Positions 56,818-64,000 of a stretch of 64,000 bases of DNA are shown in pieces. This DNA is from Dimorphilus gyrociliatus (lineage: Eukaryota; Animalia; Annelida). Where the stretch lies: positions 6,642 through 70,641 of the forward strand of contig CAJFCJ010000054.1 of NCBI GenBank assembly GCA_904063045.1. The letters are read 5' to 3'. A program made the position numbers and the translations under genes. Within the stretch, counting starts at the first letter, position 1. The number at the start of each line of letters is the position of its first letter. The notes below the pieces were generated by a model, which worked only from the letters and a program-made list of their open reading frames with translations, did not search any database and was not told the origin of the DNA.

Positions 56818-59800
56818 ATGGATGCTGTTAGAAGACTACTATTGACCAAACATGAAACAAAGTTGCAAAAATTACTTGATAATAAAAACAATTTTTTTTT
56901 CGCTACCGACTTTCTTGTACAGGAAGGCGTCTACAACTGTGAACAAGGTCAAGACAATAAGCAGAGCTATGAAGAAAGCAATGACAAAGCAAATATAATA
57001 GATGCAACTATTAATGATATTTTCAACAATGAATTCTCCCTGACGGGACTGTTCAGTGAAATGGACAATAAACAATCACAACAGTTGGCTCAAAACTTTA
57101 CCGACGAAAAGAAAGTTGAAGTTTGGGAAAATTTGATAAAACTTGTCAAAATGAGGCGAAAAGAAGAACTTTCAAATGTTCCAATCCTTCCATTGAGACA
57201 AAATAATAGACAAAAATTAGATAGTTTTAGAGTTCCATTAAAACTGTCACAGACTAAGGAAAATGTTGAAAATGAAGAAACAACAGTTGAACTTGAGGAA
57301 GAAGAGGTTTTTCAAGAAATATTTGAAAAAAAAATAAAAGAAAAGAAATGGATATTTGTGGGATGTCCTGGAGCAGGTAAGACTCTTCAAAGTCAACAAA
57401 TCATCTACAACTGGTCCAACGACAAGGAGGCGGCTTATCAGTTAAAACACCAACTGCTGCTCTCTATAAATGTTAGTCGAATAGATGAGGAAGCCAACAG
57501 TCTATCTGCAGTGGTGAAAAAGCAAAATTTCAACAGCCAAATATTTGACTACATCAGAGAAGATACTGTAGAGGCATTGTTGAAAGATGATAATTCAAAG
57601 ACAACTCTCTTGATAGATTTAGGTAAGGAATGTTTTTTGAAAAAGCAGTGGATATCAACACTTTTATTGCAAGAAAAATATCCAATAAGAATGATTATCT
57701 GGGTGGAAAGTTTACAAAACAATGATTTAAGAATAAATGCTGCTGGTGTATTTCAACTGTTAAAATTTAATGATCAACAAATTCAAGCATTATACACAAA
57801 AATGGTGAAACAGCAAAGTAAACAATTATGGGACTTCAACTCGAAATTAAGGCAATTGAGTGAAACTCCAAAGATTGCTATGATAATCTCGAGCCTTTGG
57901 TTAGAAAACAAGGACCTGTTTAACAAGAAGACTCCATATTCTATGTTGGATCCAATATGCAAATATGGCCAGCACTTTGAAGAGAAAGATGTTCAAAAGA
58001 ATTTCTTTCAATTTTGTTTCAACAACATCATACAAGAAGATGGTAGCCCAATTCAAGAGTTTGACAAAATAGAGGAAATAGCGAAATGCTATTCAAATGT
58101 TCTATTTACAAAAGTTGATGACACTCACTCTGAGCCTAATTTGAAATTTCATTGCAACTTGTTCAAAGAGTATTTTGCAGCAAAACATTTAGAAACACAA
58201 GTTGAAAATATGAAGAAAGCAAAGGAGAGCGATAATATAATGGAAATGGAAAATATTTACGAAATCATCAATAGAACTAAGAATCCAAAGATTTATAATA
58301 TAATAGCATTTCTTGCAGACTACTGTGAGAAAACCTACAACAAAATGATACTGGAACCCTGCTTTAAAGATAAGGTTTTGAAAGATAAAGATTTACAAGA
58401 ATTAATTATTGGCAATGATTCTCACCAAACAGTCAGAGTGAAAAAGGAGACATTAAACGAGTATACAATAGGAATCATCTTTAAAAGGTTTCAAGAGGAA
58501 ATTGAGGAATTGGAGCTGAGCGAATGTACATTTAGAGATGATTCAGATAAAATCTGCTTCTTCGAAAGGATTAGCAATTGTAAAAAATTGAAATGTTTAA
58601 TCTTTGAAGAAGAGGAAATCAGGCTAAATGATCTGGAAATGAATTTTGATAAATTACTCAAATCAGTTTTGAACATGAAAAAGTTGAAAAAGCTCATTCT
58701 CAAGTCAACAACAACACCAATAAACACAAGGGAATATGATATTGAAGCAACAGCAAGTGACCCATTTTACGAAGACAAAGATTCGGCTACTTTAAGAATT
58801 ACTCTATCAAATCTTGACAAAAAATATGGGTTAGGTCTTGTCATCAGTATCAAAGAAAACGAAATAGTTGGAGTAGAGTACTTTAGTATTGGAATGAACG
58901 ATGAAATAACAACAGGATTTGTAGAAATGATAACAAATATTCATACTTTGGAATCAATTACATTAAATAATAAAATATTAAAAAGTGAATTTTGTAAACA
59001 ATTCTTTCATCAACTGGAAAGTTTAGAAAATTTTAAAAAATACTTTTATTATAAATTGTCAATTGGATGAGATAGATGAAGATTTTTTTAAGCAATGCAG
59101 CAAACATTTCTGCAATTACTACTCAATGTTTCATGAGCAGAAAAGCAATGATTCCATTCAAGACGATCTCCCTAGTAATTATAGAGCATTTTTAAATACT
59201 AATCAATCGCTTCTTCCCTCCAACAGAAATAAATCCAACACCAATAATAAGGCACTCAACGAAATATCTATTGTAATTGAGGATGAATCGCCAAGGATTC
59301 TCCTCAACTCCGATGTTCAGAATGAAATGTTTCAGATTATTCCGTTAAAAGATGAAAAACACAACAAATTCATCGAAGAAGCGATTAGAAGTGATTTTAT
59401 AACGTTTGCTGAAATTCCATTCTTTTATGGAGCTTCTACTGAAGAGAAGAAGAAATTCTTTCTCAACTTTTCACAGTTCAGCAATGAAAAGAAAAAAACA
59501 ATGAATTTGAACAAGGAAGACAAGGAAGAGAATGAGAAGGTTGATAATTGCAGACTATTTATGAGCTATGTCATGAAAAGTAATGCTATTCAGAGAGTTT
59601 CAATGACTAATTTCAACATTTTTGGATTTTTGGAAGAATTTGAAAAATTTATGAATATATCATTCCAGAAATTGAAATATTTCCACCTGGAAAATATTGA
59701 AATAGATAACAGAATCAGTTCAATCTTTTCAAGTTGCCTTTTCTCTTTAAAAGGTTTACAATCAATTAAACTAAAGGATGTGAAATTTATTGATAAAGCA

Positions 59801-62800
59801 ATGCTAATTTTCTGGCAAGGCCTAAATTCAATGAAAAGTGGAATAAAAGAATTTTCAGTTGAGAATTGTTACTTGGATAAAGAGAGTTGTTTTCTCCTTA
59901 GTCAAATAATCAAGAATTTCAAACAGTTGGAATATTTGCATTTATCGCAAATTATCTGTTTGGATTCTGAATTTAACCATATTTTCAAAAAGGTAAATAA
60001 AAAATTGAAATCTGTAAATCTGTCAAAATGCAACTTAAATCGTGTTTATCAATATGAAAATCTTATCATTTTGCTGAAGAATTTAAAAAATTATCTCAAA
60101 TCGATATCTCACACAATACGCAATTTTACGGAATGTTCCGAGAGGTTATTGAGAGTTTAGAGAATTCGTCGAGTAAGTTAAAAAGCATCAATTTGAGTAG
60201 ATGCAAATTAAACGAGAATAGTCTAAAAGTTGTCAGTAAATTCTTAAAGAAATGCTCCCAATTGGAAAATCTAGATTTAAGTGGAAATGTAATTAATGAG
60301 GAAGTTTGCTCTGATTTGTTTACAGCTTTATCAACTAATAAAATTATGAAAATTTTAAAGATTAACGATTGCAAACTGAAAATTGGCAAAAGTAATAAAT
60401 TGAAAGAATTCCTGGCTGAATGTAAATGCTTAGAGATTTTCTGGATACATAATAATGTTGAAATTAGAGAAGAGAGAATGGCGGAAATATTTGAAGCTCT
60501 TTCACAGTCATCATCCAAGTCAACAATATTAAAGTTGAATTTTTTCTAATTGTAATCTCTCTCAGAAAAGTTTGAAAGCATTTTGGGATCTTTTCAAATC
60601 TCTACCAAATGCTCAAAGTATAAATTTGAGTAGAAATGAAAATATTGGCAAGCACTTGAACATTTTCTATTCAAGTGTACAATCAAATCAGAGTAACTTA
60701 CTCTACTTGGATATTTCTAGTTGTAAAATAAGGGATCTCAATACTGTTGATGATGAAAATACTAAAGAGTATCTATTGCAGATTTAACTGCAACAAATTT
60801 TTATCACTTGGAAGGAGGACTCTTTTCAACAAAGTTTCAAAATAAAGATTTAAACTATTTCAGGAGTATTCTCCTTGAGAAAATGTCTGTACAAACTTTG
60901 AACAGAATTTAGTTTCCAGGAAATACCAGTGTAATGATGTCATCAAGCTTAAGGAAAGCCTTTTGAAAGACATAAAGAGTGAACAGCCTGATGATTTTAA
61001 CAACTTATCTCATTTTAAGAAATGCATATTGAATGAGTCGTTATTTAAGGATGAAGCTGTTAGGGAATTTAGAAATCTTCTTTTTCAAGATTTGAGAAAT
61101 TGGGCTTTGAAAAATTTACATAATTTCTTTATGGCTTTCAGAAGATTGAAATACCTGAATTTGAGTAATAATGAACCTCCTATGCTTGAAATTATACCTG
61201 CAATAATTAAGTCTTGTGCTCCTTTTCTTCATTTCTTGATTTTGAGATCCTGTAAGTTGTCGTACAGAGAACATGGACAGAATTTGAGCCATCTTCTCAT
61301 TTATTGCAGATCTTTACGTTACTTGGACATGAGTTCAAATGAGAACCTGTTGGAAATTTCAAATGATGATGATCAAGAGAATGACATCCAGATTATATCA
61401 AAATTGAAATTAGCAAGTCCAACACTGCAATCTTTAAAATTCAATTTGTGCAATTTCAATGAACAAAATGGCAAAGAGTTGGCAGAACTACTGAAGGTAT
61501 GTCCAAATTTAAGTGAAATTGACATTGGCGGAAATCCAGCTATTACTAACAGTTTAGGTGAAAATATTTGATTCATTAAGAAAATCTTCCAACTTGAAAG
61601 TTTTCAATATAAACAAATGTCCAATAACCAAACATTGTTTAGATAGCTTGAGCAAATTGTTTGATCATTGCCACTACCTTGAGGAGATCTATATAACTTT
61701 TGGTGAAAGGCAAGACAACAGCAGACCAACTGCTAGAACAACAAAGGACAAGGAGAGGGAGAAGGGGGAGGAGGATATAGAGAAGGAGATGGAGAAGGAG
61801 TTATGGAAAAGGAGATAGAGAAGGAGAAGAAGGAGAAGGAGAAGGAGGACACAGAGAAGGAATTGGAGAAGGAGGAGAAGGAGGATATGGAAAAGGAGAT
61901 AGAGAAGGAGAAGAAGGAGAAGGAGAAGGAGGACACAGAGAAGGAATTGAGAAGGAGGAGAAGGAGGATATGGAAAAGGAGAGAGAGAAGAAGGAGAAGG
62001 AGAACAAGAACAAGAACAAGAACAAGAAAAGACTACTGTCAGATATATTTAAACATTTAAAGAATTCTTCATTGACATTGAGAGTATTTCACCTGTCAGG
62101 TTCAATTATAAAAGAGGATATAGATAATATCGTCAATTTTTTAGTCAAATGTCGAAATTTGAGTAATGTAACATTGGAAATAAATGAGGAAAGCAGATTA
62201 TTAATTTTAAAGAGATAACCGATATTATCTCATCAAATAGTGTCTATCATTCAAAATTCTTTCCTTGGCTTAACAAAGCAAAAAGTAATATGTCGAATAT
62301 AGTAAAAAAGGCTAGATTGAACAATGACAATGGTCAAAATCCCAGCTTAACCAGAATTTGGCAGAATTTTGTAAACTTAACAGCTAACTGTCATAAAAAT
62401 TATTTAGATGGCGTGAAATTTCTACCCAATATCGACCTAAAAACAGTTGCTCAACCAGAATACACCAAATTTTTCAACCAATTATATATGCCATTACTTT
62501 TGAAGCAAATTAAACCTTTTCAAAAAACAACCAGCAATTTAGCTGATGTTATGTTTTTGGAATCCATCAGCAATTCGGCAGTGAATAATTTCATTATTGG
62601 ATCGGCTCAAATTGGCAAAACAACACTGTTCAATAGAATTCTGTATTTATGGTCGAAGGAGGAGAAACTGCAAAATCTTTTGGTATTAAGGTTAATGTTG
62701 AGTGAGATAAAAAGCCCCATATCCTTAGTTGACTGCTTGTTTGATTCAAATTATAAACATTTGAGAAACGGCATTAATAGGATAAAGGAGAATTTGAATA

Positions 62801-64000
62801 TGCTTTTGGAATATTATCCCAAAAAGTTGTTGATTCTTATTGATGATGATGAAGAACATTCAAACTATCCGGATAGTAATCTAAGCAGAATTCTTAGAGA
62901 AGAGATGGCATGGAAAATTAGAAAGTTGATTTTCATTAGAAATTTAAGGCAACCATCAATTCCTATAGATTATATATTCACAATAAAAGGTATCAATCCC
63001 AAACACAATATGAACAGTCTTAAGGACATCTATTGTATTATTCTGGAAGCAATACATTTTCAGCAATCAAATAACAATTATTCCATGTTGATGACTTCTT
63101 TAAAAGGCTTCAAGGAATTTTGCACTCATCCTTTGTGTTTTTACTTGTATTTTTAACTTTATCTGAGAAGTATAATCAACATGATCCTGCCTTACAAAAT
63201 GCAATTCAACAGTTTATAAAGATTTTAAATGAGAAGAAAAGGAGTCATTTCCAATGGGAAAATAACAACAACAATACAAATGATGTCCTAGTACAATACT
63301 ATACAAATTTAACATCAATGAAGCTTGACAGTCTCTTATCCACTGGAATTATAAGATATAATCCACAAGCTATTTTCCCTTTAATTCATGGTTGGAATAA
63401 ATTATTCATATTACCTGCAATTGAAAATTACTACCTGAGAAAATTCTTTGTCTCCAGATCATTAGATCCATCAGGTGTGCCATTGTTTAAAGCACTTTCC
63501 GAAGGAAATTTCTGGGAAGTACCTTATCTTTAAACATTCGGAATGCAGGTGATATGAGCCTCTTCCTCTACCTATGTAAGAAATCTGTACACCAATTCAA
63601 TAAAATAGTAATTAAGTATAAGGGTGACAAAAGAATCTTTTTAGCCTTACAGAAAAGGCATAAACAAGATATTAAAGTTTTAGCAATAGTCAACCTTTGT
63701 GCAAGTGAAGTGTTCTGTCCAGCCAAAAATAACAGTACAGTTTTTGGTCATTTAAAGAATGTAATTGAAAAAAGTCTGCTTCAATTTCCAAGTAACAGTA
63801 ATTTATTGCTAAAAGAGATGGTGATGAATTTACATATATGGATTTGAATTCTTACAATTTGAAATCATTTTTCACTGATACAACCAGTACATTCATCTAT
63901 TGTACAGAAATTCTGTTGAGTGATGCAAGTTTGAACGAGATCACTTGCAAACATCTGCAAACATTCCTGTCTATGCAATTCTCTTTAAAAGTCTTTGATA
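56818..64000 (+). pseudogene. Inverted near-identical copy of the 2486-aa NLR gene, broken by about 14 single-base indels (real pseudogene or consensus errors); runs off the window
   Basis: Reverse complement of 29384-36572; indels at ~59031, 60087, 60541, 60779, 60900, 61561, 61801, 61950, 62213, 63037, 63073, 63143, 63510 and 63828. Confidence 0.85.

Overview
This is eukaryotic (invertebrate animal) genomic DNA. It is very AT-rich, with tiny GT-AG introns (about 50-75 nt). The compact gene style would fit a small-genome spiralian such as a meiofaunal annelid, but that is only a guess. Positions 1-21 kb are a transposon graveyard: Tc1/mariner elements, FLYWCH-Mutator (Phantom-type) elements including one apparently intact PHD-FLYWCH-MULE transposase, a 207-bp Mutator-type MITE carrying TTAGGG motifs, Ty3/gypsy LTRs with a tRNA-Ser primer site and a gag relic, orphan LRR relics and a GRL101/LGR-type GPCR pseudogene. 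Positions 21-64 kb look like a host-defence cluster. It starts with a small prepro-peptide gene with a cationic 4-Cys mature peptide and an NRF-6-like acyltransferase. Next comes an intronless 2486-aa NLR-like protein with CARD-like, NACHT, LRR, E/K-rich insert, second NACHT and LRR regions (29112-36572, minus), and its near-identical inverted copy (56818 to window end, plus, frameshifted mostly at homopolymers). The ~20 kb between the two copies holds multi-CUB, PLAC8/cornifelin, F-type-lectin/PAN mosaic, secreted lamin-tail-like and 7TM genes. No rRNA, tRNA gene or CRISPR array was seen. All domain calls are by eye from motifs; no database searches were run.
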